A stretch of DNA of 64,000 bases from a virus: IMG/VR virus record IMGVR_UViG_3300045988_094874, positions 231 to 64,230 of that record; one strand, written 5' to 3'. Shown here piece after piece: positions 18,201 to 26,514 of the stretch (the first letter of the stretch is position 1; each line of letters begins with the position of its first letter). The notes under the pieces are model-generated. The model worked only from the letters and a program-made list of their open reading frames with translations. It searched no databases and was not told the origin of the DNA. Position numbers and translations under genes: made by a program.

Positions 18201-19273
18201 TTACAAAGAAACGCAAGATTGATAGGTTTAGGTGGTTGCTAAAAGAGCTAGGAGTATCCTGTGAGCCTAAAATACAAGGTAAGTTAAAGGTAAGTTTCTT
18301 TACACTAAGTGACTTTAAATTACTAAACCTTGTAAAGAGATACTGTACCGAGGATAAAACTCTTCTTGAGCCTTCTCTTACTGAGCTAAACCCTCTTGTG
18401 TACCTTGAGGAAGCAGGTCATTGGGACGGTCATATAAATAAGTTTGGTCTAATACTAGTATCCTCAACAAATAAGGAAACTTTAGATAAAATGCAGATAA
18501 TGGCGATACAATCAGGTGTCCGCGCAAGACTGGCTCTAAGAGAGGAAGCTCATGATAATGTAAGTAATACTTGGGAGTTGTCATATAATCTTGCTAAAAA
18601 GCCTCTGAGTAGGTTTGAAAGTAGGGATATTGACACACGAACTCACCACAAGACTAATTACAATGTCTACTGTGTAACCGTTCCTGAACATAATATTGTT
18701 ATACGCCATAATGGAAAAGTATCAATACAAGGAAACTGTAACTTCGGCTTTTTATATGGTATGCAAGCAAAATCGTTCGTGAATTACGCAAAAACCTATG
18801 GATTGAATTTATCACTCAAGGAAGCTGAGGAGTTCCGAAGTAAGTTCTTTGAAGCCTATCCGACTTTACTGGTATGGCACAGAAGGAACATTGACTTTGC
18901 TAGTAATAAAGGATATGTTGAAGCTCCGTCTGGCAGGAAACGTTTCTTGAGAGATATTTGGTCTGATGATTGGGCTAAGAAGTCTTCTGCTGAAAGACAG
19001 TCACTTAACTCAGCTGTACAAGGCTTTGCTAGTGACTGTTGTATCTCAGCTCTAGCGGATATAGTTTTCTCAGATGAGCTAGACCATTCAAGAGCAAGAG
19101 TATTAGGCTCTGTGCATGACGCTATATTAGTAGAGGCTAAGGAAGACTATGCAGAAGAAGCCTCTCAGATAGTAAAGAACCACATGGAGAACCCTTCCTT
19201 GTTTAAGCTACATAAGCTCTGTGTTCCAATGGTGGCTGATGTAGAAATCGGCAAGGGCTGGGGTATTCACTAA
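15227..19273 (+). CDS. family-A (Pol I-like) DNA polymerase with a 3'-5' exonuclease domain, interrupted by two inteins
   Basis: Exo I LDIETTGLD. Motif A (C)DLSQAELR split after KIIE. Motif B RTQAKS|CNFGFLYG split. Motif C VHDAIL. Extein length after intein removal is about 715 aa. Confidence 0.85.
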   Translation: MKKRDLMVLAKRLSSVELFSLDIETTGLDRYRDKIVSVQISYDFNGKEYDHFIWWEQYTKEEWQAFLKAIAKLNMVTHNGKFDILFLYVHTGVFMELYMDTQVLAHVSGEVELGLKPLVVKYFGDDYDVSKEIKVSGKRDSLTTLKGFITKYFTGTELVMEQTTKENAEAFLSGLKTKAQKNACELIDNEDGTFDVTRKWVHKDRTAMNKLAQQVYDELEGGILISGMSVEATDRLCKAFESLDSTIILETLKDVTQELVEANNKKLVVYGKKDTRYTLKLVPIFKKIIKKYKMIKVYKHEMRAYKAYSIIEKQGIYIDPNRHKVSEQLRAEYTEYLEELNEVAEINWNSTQQVAKVLFGKKGAPVIVDGKEVGKSLGLKPVKKSASGNPSTDDETLVELSAVSEVAKNLREYKRLTKLDTFIKSWDEIAVDGQIHPSFNITARTGRTTCSNPNLQQVPQNSNVRGIIYARPGYKIIECFSGDTEVLTEKGWQRFDSLDKGIKLAQYDCESEEISFEQPLRYIHQENRPTFHYEDRNTSVFATANHNVLTRYTNRVTRKHPFKETNFSRANQFINAGFYTTNYKYSDKYTRFLAMFISDGYMDNYGNISFGFRKQRKIDRCKHVLEELGISFKLNQYTRKGNAKDTMFRIGKVMTQFVNEYSESYKVLSTKTAFELNPAVYLEEAQYWDGTPIVKGKSVRFVSTQKKTLEVMQLMGVFCGIKMVIHRDNHRDKDCHKYAYYVNYKPKGDRFTCMNEQGVDFSNPTYQDVYCITMPLGTCVIRHKGKVSIQSQCDLSQAELRVAADFSGDKNMIHAYQSGSDLHSKTTEMMFGNLEGLDHDELKRKRTQAKSCFSGDTEILTDKGFVPFNMYDGVTRVAQYNIESQEISYTEPLDFRMIPNQKICVFENENTSLKLTPNHECIIQVQNTRKYMKKIPFEELAGHGQSKYAWVNAGYYNYDKNKFIDDKLTRFVACFVADGSYSSSKNAIRFGFTKKRKIDRFRWLLKELGVSCEPKIQGKLKVSFFTLSDFKLLNLVKRYCTEDKTLLEPSLTELNPLVYLEEAGHWDGHINKFGLILVSSTNKETLDKMQIMAIQSGVRARLALREEAHDNVSNTWELSYNLAKKPLSRFESRDIDTRTHHKTNYNVYCVTVPEHNIVIRHNGKVSIQGNCNFGFLYGMQAKSFVNYAKTYGLNLSLKEAEEFRSKFFEAYPTLLVWHRRNIDFASNKGYVEAPSGRKRFLRDIWSDDWAKKSSAERQSLNSAVQGFASDCCISALADIVFSDELDHSRARVLGSVHDAILVEAKEDYAEEASQIVKNHMENPSLFKLHKLCVPMVADVEIGKGWGIH
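16661..17602 (+). mobile_element. intein 1 in DNA polymerase motif A, with a LAGLIDADG homing-endonuclease domain
   Basis: Starts CFSGDTEVL (Hint block A). LAGLIDADG-like LAMFISDGYMDN. Ends ...HKGKVSIQSQ followed by +1 Cys; the terminal residue is Gln rather than Asn. Confidence 0.7.
17780..18736 (+). mobile_element. intein 2 in DNA polymerase motif B, with a LAGLIDADG homing-endonuclease domain
   Basis: Starts CFSGDTEIL. LAGLIDADG-like VACFVADGSYSS. Ends ...HNGKVSIQGN followed by +1 Cys. Paralogous to intein 1. Confidence 0.75.
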
Positions 19274-19283
19274 GGAGGAAAAG

Positions 19284-19685
19284 ATGATTAAAGAATACTG
19301 TAATAAATGGGGAATACTCCCTGAGTGCCTACACATTGTAGAATGTAAGGAAGGAAACGAACACTACACTTATGCTGGAGGAAACATAGTCCAAGCCAAG
19401 GAGGGTGACTATATTCTGGTAACAGATGACCTGTTCACCTTCTCTGTGAAAAAGGTTACTGATGTTTTCACTAATAAACAGGTAATGGAAACTATACTGA
19501 ATGAAAATTCTGATATATACCCTATCTCACAGAATGTAACCAACGCTGTGAACTATACAATTAGATTAGTGGATAGAGTTGCTGAGGACGAAAGACTTAA
19601 TGCTATTCTAAAGGAGAAGTTATCAGTTACTTTAGCTCAAGTAGATGAAGCTCTAAAGGAGTTTAAGCATGATAATTTGGGATAA
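19284..19685 (+). CDS. hypothetical protein
   Basis: ORF with RBS AAGGAGG. Confidence 0.5.
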   Translation: MIKEYCNKWGILPECLHIVECKEGNEHYTYAGGNIVQAKEGDYILVTDDLFTFSVKKVTDVFTNKQVMETILNENSDIYPISQNVTNAVNYTIRLVDRVAEDERLNAILKEKLSVTLAQVDEALKEFKHDNLG

Positions 19686-20097
19686 GAATTGCTACACAGA
19701 GAAGGAGTACCGAGACATTAAACGTCAGAATAGGAAGTCCTTCCTGATAGACCCCGAGGGCTACTGTGAAAAGCAAAAGGAGTTTAACCCTAAATATGTC
19801 TTAGTCACAGACAAGAACACCTACTACATGGATAACTGGATAAAGGGCACAGGATATATCAAGCGTGAATTTGGAGATAAGGTTGGGAGGTATCTATCGG
19901 CTATGGAGGTATTTAACCTCAAGCATGCCTTACCTAAGAACTATGTATCTCTTAAGTTCTCAGTAGATGTAGGGGATAATATCCTTGTAAGATATATCTC
20001 ACACACCTGTATGTTTGAATGTATGATTAGGGAAACTACCCTGAACTATAAAATCTACTATGGAGATAGGGAAGAAATTGAGGAGGTGGTACTTTAA
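19669..20097 (+). CDS. hypothetical protein
   Basis: ORF overlapping its neighbours by a few nt. Confidence 0.5.
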   Translation: MIIWDKNCYTEKEYRDIKRQNRKSFLIDPEGYCEKQKEFNPKYVLVTDKNTYYMDNWIKGTGYIKREFGDKVGRYLSAMEVFNLKHALPKNYVSLKFSVDVGDNILVRYISHTCMFECMIRETTLNYKIYYGDREEIEEVVL

Positions 20098-20414
20098 TGC
20101 CAAAGAAAAGTATCAAAATGCAGATAGAGCTCCCTAAAGAGCTTGCAGACAGCCTTATGACGCTCTCCGGGTACTTAGGGCTTAAGAGAAATCAGGTCAT
20201 TGCTGAGGCTCTACAGGACTATTCTGACCGCATGACACCTAATGCACAGGAGTATGAGAAGAAGCTTAATGAGTATAAGGAAATGCTACACAGAGAACTG
20301 TTCGGAGTAGAAGCGCCTGTGAAAGATGTTGATGTAATCGAAGAAGATGAAGACGACTTTGAAGAAGATGACCTAGATGTAGAAAACTTTATGAAGGAGC
20401 TTAGACTGAAATGA
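20097..20414 (+). CDS. putative ribbon-helix-helix DNA-binding protein with an acidic tail
   Basis: N-terminal KMQIELPKELADSLMTLSGYLGLKRNQVIAEALQDY resembles a CopG/Arc RHH fold. C-terminal D/E-rich tail. Confidence 0.35.
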   Translation: MPKKSIKMQIELPKELADSLMTLSGYLGLKRNQVIAEALQDYSDRMTPNAQEYEKKLNEYKEMLHRELFGVEAPVKDVDVIEEDEDDFEEDDLDVENFMKELRLK

Positions 20415-20896
20415 CAGTAAACAAAGACAGCTCAGTAGGTATCACAGAAGACCTGATTACTAATATCATGAACCTCTGTGCCTCTGAGTATCACATGAAT
20501 ATCCTTGTACGGAAATATGAGGATAAGCTCTCATTCTGGTATGCTGATAATGCAAAGGAAGACCAAGATGAGATTATGAAGGTAGATGAAGCTCTAAGAG
20601 AGACTGAGCTACTTTTGAAGGAAACTACAGATAACAGACGTAAGGCAATGAAGCTACTAAAGGAACAGGCTAATGAGGAAGGAAACCCTGATATGTGGTG
20701 TCTCCTTAAGCACATGTTCACAGCAGTTATTACCTCATTTGAGGTATGGCAGGTAGACCTATCTAACCTAAAAGCCAAGTATGGATTTATTGAGCAATCA
20801 CGAGCAATGAATAAAGTGCTGGCAATGTTCCTGGGCTTCCCTGTGACACCATGCTCAGCATGCCTTACAGACCAGTTAGAGCAAGAGGGCAAGTAA
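20411..20896 (+). CDS. hypothetical protein
   Basis: ORF. Confidence 0.5.
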   Translation: MTVNKDSSVGITEDLITNIMNLCASEYHMNILVRKYEDKLSFWYADNAKEDQDEIMKVDEALRETELLLKETTDNRRKAMKLLKEQANEEGNPDMWCLLKHMFTAVITSFEVWQVDLSNLKAKYGFIEQSRAMNKVLAMFLGFPVTPCSACLTDQLEQEGK

Positions 20897-21127
20897 ATGA
20901 CTATAGGAGATATTATTGATAAGCTAAGCAAGCATGCTCAGTGTGAGATTGGCTACCTTAGCAAAGATAATACAGTAGTTCCTCACTGCTTTCGCTATGA
21001 AGGCTACACAAGTGACTACACAGAAGAGTTTAAGTATCTGGACAAGTGTATCCCTGTGGAGCGTTTGACTACACGAAACCATATCATTATGATTTTGGTT
21101 AAGGAGGAGGAACTATTTGGCAGTTGA
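20897..21127 (+). CDS. hypothetical protein
   Basis: ORF. Confidence 0.4.
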   Translation: MTIGDIIDKLSKHAQCEIGYLSKDNTVVPHCFRYEGYTSDYTEEFKYLDKCIPVERLTTRNHIIMILVKEEELFGS

Positions 21128-21527
21128 GATTGTGATTAACCCTTATTACTCAACACAAAAGCTATCACGCATAAATGTACTGGCACAGGTGAGAGAGTAT
21201 AAGAAAACTCTTGATAAGTACGGTGTCAGCTATGAAGTAGTGGAGCTTAATGATGAGCATAAGGAGTTCCTACTAGAGCTTATGGAAGATGACTATTATA
21301 AACTAGTAAGGTTTAAGTTCCCTGTGCCTGACTCTTTTGAGGAGCTACTAGAAAATCCTGAGCTTATGAGAAATGTCATTGTACTTGATATGGAGAAGCT
21401 GAAAATAGGTTTTGCAAATTCAGATGAAGACCCTTATAGTGTATCAGTATTCAAACCACGCATGCTAAAGCGGTCTATGTTAATGGATAGTTTATCCACA
21501 GCATATTACGAAAGAGGAATATCATGA
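21117..21527 (+). CDS. hypothetical protein
   Basis: ORF. Confidence 0.45.
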   Translation: MAVEIVINPYYSTQKLSRINVLAQVREYKKTLDKYGVSYEVVELNDEHKEFLLELMEDDYYKLVRFKFPVPDSFEELLENPELMRNVIVLDMEKLKIGFANSDEDPYSVSVFKPRMLKRSMLMDSLSTAYYERGIS

Positions 21528-22321
21528 ATAGATATAGTATTTCACGGGTAAACACTTACCTAGAAAACCCTTGGAAACACTGGTGCAAGTATATTGCTAA
21601 GTACAAACCAAAAGAGGGTAAAGTCAACACTGTGTACATGGACAGAGGAACTGTTATGCACCGTGTCATGGAGCTTGTAGCTACAGGCACAGATAGTAAG
21701 GAAGCACTAAAGCAAGCCTCTGTTGTAGACTTTGCACAGGAAAGTATTGACGGAGGAATTAGAGCCTCTGAGCGTTACTTTGAGCACTTCGGATTTGAAG
21801 GATTATTCAAGACTACTGAGGTTGAAAAAGAGATTACTCTTGATATTTCAGAGGAAATCGGTATTGGCACAGAGGTAGGATTTATCGGATATGTAGACGC
21901 AGTTCGGACTAATGAAGACGGCTCTGTGACCTTGGTTGACTATAAGACATATAGCACAAAACCTGCACAGGATAAAATGGTGCTATCATTACAGGCTAAC
22001 ATGTATATGTATGTCATGACTAAGCTAGGCTACAATGTGCGAAACTTTGTGTTTGAATGTATCAATCCTAAGGAGAAGCTGGTAGGTAGAGCCTACAAAT
22101 ACCTTGCTATTGATATGCCTTACCGTGAGGCTCTGTGTGATGAGTTCTTTGAGCAGTTCTGTATGTTGGTACGAATGATTGAGCAAAATCCTGAGTTCAA
22201 AATGTATAAGTATGGAGACTACATGCCTGACATCTATGATGAACTATTCAAGGTATGGCAAGGAATTGTCACAGAGGACTTTGATACCTTTGTAGCTGAG
22301 AACTTTTTGGAGGAAGATTGA
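21524..22321 (+). CDS. PD-(D/E)xK nuclease (Cas4/YqaJ/RecB-like exonuclease)
   Basis: IGYVDAV ... LVDYKTY core (D ... D-x-K) followed by a conserved Y/Q region. Confidence 0.5.
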   Translation: MNRYSISRVNTYLENPWKHWCKYIAKYKPKEGKVNTVYMDRGTVMHRVMELVATGTDSKEALKQASVVDFAQESIDGGIRASERYFEHFGFEGLFKTTEVEKEITLDISEEIGIGTEVGFIGYVDAVRTNEDGSVTLVDYKTYSTKPAQDKMVLSLQANMYMYVMTKLGYNVRNFVFECINPKEKLVGRAYKYLAIDMPYREALCDEFFEQFCMLVRMIEQNPEFKMYKYGDYMPDIYDELFKVWQGIVTEDFDTFVAENFLEED

Positions 22322-22322
22322 T

Positions 22323-22505
22323 ATGTGGAGAGAACTTCTTTCAGGTATCATGGGAGTATTGTTAATCTTAGCTTGTACACTCGTAGTTGGCTCAGGGGTA
22401 CTCTTACTACTGATTTATGTGAAGACACCACTACAACTACTATTTGTGGGACTAGGACTTGTTGTGTTTTCACTAGGAGTTATTGGAATTTTATTGAGGG
22501 ACTGA
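22323..22505 (+). CDS. small 2-TM membrane protein
   Basis: Almost entirely hydrophobic. Its start context TGATATGTGGA is shared with the next gene. Confidence 0.4.
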   Translation: MWRELLSGIMGVLLILACTLVVGSGVLLLLIYVKTPLQLLFVGLGLVVFSLGVIGILLRD

Positions 22506-22506
22506 T

Positions 22507-22740
22507 ATGTGGAAATACTTGTTTGCCGTAGCCCTAGGCTTTATAATCGGGGCACTAGCTTACTCATACCATATTCAAGAGCACACAATGCCTATTGAGG
22601 AGGTTGAGCAGAGCTATATCACAAAAGATGATGGAGCTGACTTAGCTAAGAAAGCTTACTTTGAAGGAAGAAAAGACCAGCAGGAAGAAGACCTAGAGCT
22701 TCGTTCAGCGGTTCAGGAGGCTAAAAATGGAGGAAATTAG
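22507..22740 (+). CDS. small 1-TM membrane protein
   Basis: N-terminal TM helix. Same start context as 22323. Confidence 0.45.
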   Translation: MWKYLFAVALGFIIGALAYSYHIQEHTMPIEEVEQSYITKDDGADLAKKAYFEGRKDQQEEDLELRSAVQEAKNGGN

Positions 22741-23113
22741 AAATCCTCAGCGTTATACACAGAAAGGTAATAAAATGGAGTGCTGGGACTTCTGGCTACA
22801 TTATGGACTAAACCCCCTTATTGCCTCAGCTGTGAAGTATGTATGGCGCTATAAAGACAAGAACGGGAAACATGACCTTGAAAAGGCTCTTGTGTTCCTA
22901 CACAAAGCTAGGGAAGAGGCTGATAGAGTATATTACTCTGTGTCTTGTGCAAAATTCCCTGAGTTTGAGGAGTATAAGGCTATGACCTATCCTCAGTATT
23001 TGATTATTGCTAATTCTGTGCTCACAACTGAGGCAGAAAGTTACCTATTGGGTATTGATAACATGATTACCCTGATTAACAAATTGATTGGAGATGAGTA
23101 TGACATTCATTAA
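22727..23113 (+). CDS. DUF3310-like phage protein
   Basis: ECWDFWLHYGLNPLIASAVKYVWRYKDKNGKHDLEKALVFLHKA resembles the conserved DUF3310 core, as recalled from memory. Confidence 0.35.
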   Translation: MEEIRNPQRYTQKGNKMECWDFWLHYGLNPLIASAVKYVWRYKDKNGKHDLEKALVFLHKAREEADRVYYSVSCAKFPEFEEYKAMTYPQYLIIANSVLTTEAESYLLGIDNMITLINKLIGDEYDIH

Positions 23114-23375
23114 GAAAAACATTAACACTATTATTAACATTGCTTTGGTAATTGCCCTTGGATTTTCATTCCTGTATACACAGAGTGTTGAGGCTAAGTT
23201 CACTAAGCTAAAGAAAGACACAGAAGACCGTGTGACTAAGATTACAAAAGCCACAGAGAACTATGGTAAGAAGCTTGATGAAGCCCTTGAGGCTAACAAC
23301 AAGGTGAACAAGAGCCTAGATGAGCTTATCGCTTCCTTGAAGGCTAAATATGTGGACAATAACGGAGGTCAGTAA
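23088..23375 (+). CDS. membrane-anchored coiled-coil protein
   Basis: N-terminal TM helix followed by a K/E-rich helical region. Confidence 0.4.
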   Translation: MEMSMTFIKKNINTIINIALVIALGFSFLYTQSVEAKFTKLKKDTEDRVTKITKATENYGKKLDEALEANNKVNKSLDELIASLKAKYVDNNGGQ

Positions 23376-23890
23376 TGGAGTATGTTATTATCGGGGTACT
23401 ATTTCTGATTATGCTACTGATGTTCTTCTGTGATATTGGTAAGTATAACAGCTACCCTAAGGAGTCTCTTATCCGTGTGCGATACAAGGACACTAAATAC
23501 TCGTTTGGAACACAGGCGGTCAACGGTGATTGCGTAGATATGTATGTTCCTTATGATATTGAGTATAAGGCAGGAGATACAGTCAAGGTTGACTTTGGAG
23601 TAGCAATGGAACTACCTGTAGGCTTTGAGGCTCATGTATATCCTCGCTCAAGTACCTTTAAGAACACAGGGCTGTTACTAACTAACTCTGTAGGTATCAT
23701 TGATAATGACTATAACGGTGATGATGATACTTGGGGAGCTATGTTCTATGCCACACGGGACGGAAAGCTTGAAGCTGGTCAGCGTGTGTGTCAGTTCCGT
23801 ATCTTTAGAAATCAGCCTGACCTCATTTTCTTACCAGTAAAACACTTAGGTAATGAGAATAGAGGTGGATATGGCTCGACGGGTAAATAA
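23375..23890 (+). CDS. dut: dUTP diphosphatase
   Basis: Motif 2 YPRSS, motif 3 GIIDNDYNGDD and motif 5 RGGYGSTG. Confidence 0.8.
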   Translation: MEYVIIGVLFLIMLLMFFCDIGKYNSYPKESLIRVRYKDTKYSFGTQAVNGDCVDMYVPYDIEYKAGDTVKVDFGVAMELPVGFEAHVYPRSSTFKNTGLLLTNSVGIIDNDYNGDDDTWGAMFYATRDGKLEAGQRVCQFRIFRNQPDLIFLPVKHLGNENRGGYGSTGK

Positions 23891-24146
23891 GAAGGTAATT
23901 AGAGCAAGCTTTATTGACCGTGAAATGGCTCAGGGTAGTAAGCTTACTCTCAGAGCTCTCTATCGCTATAACAAGGGGCGTAACAAGATTTATGTCTACC
24001 AGAAGAATGGTTACTCCCCTGAATTTATCATCAATAACACAGGACATATCAACTATGACTGGGGGAGAGGAAACCTCCTAGAATATGGGTCAAGAACTAT
24101 TGAGCAATTTTATATAAAAAATGATGAATTTTTTGTAAAAATTTAG
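23853..24146 (+). CDS. hypothetical protein
   Basis: ORF. Confidence 0.4.
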   Translation: MRIEVDMARRVNKKVIRASFIDREMAQGSKLTLRALYRYNKGRNKIYVYQKNGYSPEFIINNTGHINYDWGRGNLLEYGSRTIEQFYIKNDEFFVKI

Positions 24147-24185
24147 CAAAAAGGTATTGACTTTAATAAATCCCTGTGATACACT
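24146..24185 (+). promoter_or_regulatory. second copy of the conserved-motif promoter (TTGACT-17 nt-TGaTACACT)
   Basis: GCAAAAAGGTATTGACTTTA is identical to the copy at 9466. -35 at 24157-24162 and an extended -10 at 24177-24185. Confidence 0.55.
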
Positions 24186-24216
24186 ATATTAGAACTAAAC
24201 AAAAGGAGATATTGCA

Positions 24217-26061
24217 ATGAAACTAAAATCATTGTCTACGGTACGCCTGCATCAAATGACCGTGTTGTTCGGAAAATCTGGTTCAGGCAAGGCAGAATAT
24301 GTAGAAAACAAAATCTACACCCCTAGTGGACCTAAACGCTTTGGTGACTTAAAAGTCGGTGATTATGTATTTGACCGATTTGGTAAGCCTACAAAAGTAG
24401 TTGGAACATTCCCACAAGGAGAGATTGACGCATATGAAGTAACTCTAGCAGATGGACGTACAGTAATCTGTAATGATGAGCACATCTGGACCACAGTAAC
24501 CTCACGAAATAGTCTTAAGGATTATACATTACGTGAAATTATTGACACAGGTGTTACTATCAAAAAGGGAGGGATTACTCGTAACCGATTTTATATTCCT
24601 ACCCATAGCTACGTCCAATTCAAGGAGCAAGAAGTTAAGGTACACCCTTATCTTGTAGGAACTTTTATTGCAAATGGAGCTTTACGCTCTAAACCTCTCA
24701 CACTATGCTCCGATGACATTTTTGTGGTAGAAAAAGTTGCTAAGATTTTAGGGGCTACTTACAAGAAGAACTCAGATAAGAATTTTAGCTATACTTTTCG
24801 AAAAGAAGGACACATTATCAAAACGGAAGAGGTATTCACAGAGTTGCTTGGTAAGTATTCTCATGAGAAGTTTATTCCTAAGGAATACCTATTTAATAGT
24901 GTAGAAGTTCGTAGAGAGCTCCTCCAAGGACTAATGGATAATGATGGTTCTATAACACCTAAGCATTCTGGAGCACACCCTTCATATTACACAGTAAGCC
25001 CTAGGCTTGCAGATGATGTAGTATTTCTTGTAAGAAGTCTTGGGTATGAGACTTATGTATATGTAGATGAACGTGAAGGGAAACGTACAGGATATGACAT
25101 TGGACTTAGAGTACCTCCACGTGAACGTAAATCACTATTCACATTGCCTAGGAAGAAAGAACGTTCTCTAGCTGTTGAGGGCAACTGCTTAAGACGACGC
25201 TATGAAATGGTTGGTATTGCTAAAGTTACAAAGCTTAATAAGAAGTTACCTATGATGTGTATTAAGGTAGATAATCCTGAAAGCTTGTACTTGTCTAATG
25301 AGTTTGTAGTAACTCACAATACTTCCGTAATCAACTCACTTCCGGGTAAAACTCTCATCATTGACACTGACCGTGGGTTAGCTTCTGTAAGCCCCACTGA
25401 TAATGTTGATGTAGCTGAGTGTTACAACTGGGAAGACATTCTTGAAGCATTTGCAATCGCTAAGACAGGCGATTATGAAAGCATTGCTGTTGACCACTTT
25501 ACAAATGTCCAAGAAATGTGCTACAAACATATTATGGAAAAATACAAAGTGGATAAAATGCAAATCCAGCATTATGGAGAAGCTTCTCCATTGCTCAAAG
25601 GACTTGTTGACCAGCTGGTCGGTTTTAGCTATGATGGTAAGAACGTCCTTGTACTTGCACAGGAAATGAGTATTAACGTTGAGGAAGATGAGGGAGAAGA
25701 TGTACCACGGGTAATCTGCCCTAACGTATCCCCAGCTGTTCGCTCTTACTTGCAAGCCTCTGCACGGATTGTAGCCCATACACAGAAGGAAAACAAGAAG
25801 ACCTTTGAAAATGGCAAGAAATCCATTGAGGAAGTTTATATTGCTCAGGTAGCAGGTAACCCTATCTTGACTACTAAAGTTACACGCAAGCCGGGAATTG
25901 AAATTCCTAACAAGATTAAGAACCCTACGTGGGCTAAGCTCACTAAACTTATCACAGGAGAAACCGCTAAGAAGGCTAAGCCTGCTAAAGAGGAAGAAGC
26001 CCCTGTGACAGAAGAAAAACCAAAACGCAAACGTGCTACTAAGAAATCAGAAGAAAAATAA
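24217..26061 (+). CDS. Sak4-like (AAA_24) recombination ATPase interrupted by an intein in the Walker A P-loop
   Basis: The extein reconstitutes LFGKSGSGK|TSV (GKSGSGKT), then LIIDTDRGL (Walker B) and IAVDHFT. K/E-rich C-terminal tail. Confidence 0.65.
   Translation: MKLKSLSTVRLHQMTVLFGKSGSGKAEYVENKIYTPSGPKRFGDLKVGDYVFDRFGKPTKVVGTFPQGEIDAYEVTLADGRTVICNDEHIWTTVTSRNSLKDYTLREIIDTGVTIKKGGITRNRFYIPTHSYVQFKEQEVKVHPYLVGTFIANGALRSKPLTLCSDDIFVVEKVAKILGATYKKNSDKNFSYTFRKEGHIIKTEEVFTELLGKYSHEKFIPKEYLFNSVEVRRELLQGLMDNDGSITPKHSGAHPSYYTVSPRLADDVVFLVRSLGYETYVYVDEREGKRTGYDIGLRVPPRERKSLFTLPRKKERSLAVEGNCLRRRYEMVGIAKVTKLNKKLPMMCIKVDNPESLYLSNEFVVTHNTSVINSLPGKTLIIDTDRGLASVSPTDNVDVAECYNWEDILEAFAIAKTGDYESIAVDHFTNVQEMCYKHIMEKYKVDKMQIQHYGEASPLLKGLVDQLVGFSYDGKNVLVLAQEMSINVEEDEGEDVPRVICPNVSPAVRSYLQASARIVAHTQKENKKTFENGKKSIEEVYIAQVAGNPILTTKVTRKPGIEIPNKIKNPTWAKLTKLITGETAKKAKPAKEEEAPVTEEKPKRKRATKKSEEK
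24292..25320 (+). mobile_element. intein (343 aa) with a LAGLIDADG endonuclease domain inside the ATPase P-loop; N-terminal residue is Ala
   Basis: Starts AEYVENKIY directly after GKSGSGK. Internal LVGTFIANGALR and LLQGLMDNDGSI LAGLIDADG motifs. Ends VVTHN followed by +1 Thr. Confidence 0.6.
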
Positions 26062-26079
26062 TAAATAGGAGATATAATC

Positions 26080-26514
26080 ATGTCAAAAATCAAATTTACA
26101 GCAGAAAAGAACGAAGGACTTTCCTTCACCTATACAGAAGGAACTTTCACAGTAGTTATCCAAGCCTTTGAATGGGTAGAGCCATCAGGTACAGGCAAGA
26201 AGCCTTACTATAAGGTAACATTCCGTGGAGACTTTGGTACTGATACTAATACTTATGGCTTCCGTATGTTTGATACAGCATTTGGTCGCTCAGACCTCTA
26301 TGACCTTGCAGAGGCTGTAGGAATTGACCCTAAAGGTGAAATGGACACAGAGGACTTTATTGACCGCTATGTGAACATTACCCTTGAAGAAGGTGAGCCT
26401 TACAATGACAAGCCTCAATGGGACGTTGTAGCTATTGAACCTGCTGGTGATGTCGAAGATGATGAAGACGAATACGCAGATGATGATGACGAAGATGATG
26501 AGTGGGACGACTAA
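26080..26514 (+). CDS. acidic-tailed small protein (candidate SSB-like protein or DNA mimic)
   Basis: Strong RBS. C-terminus DVEDDEDEYADDDDEDDEWDD. Confidence 0.5.
   Translation: MSKIKFTAEKNEGLSFTYTEGTFTVVIQAFEWVEPSGTGKKPYYKVTFRGDFGTDTNTYGFRMFDTAFGRSDLYDLAEAVGIDPKGEMDTEDFIDRYVNITLEEGEPYNDKPQWDVVAIEPAGDVEDDEDEYADDDDEDDEWDD

Noticed and set aside
22325-22531. Alternative-frame ORF overlapping 22323-22505.
   Set aside because: The +1 frame gives a low-complexity Thr/Cys-rich product. The 22323 frame gives a clean 2-TM protein with the shared start context, so the membrane-protein frame is preferred.
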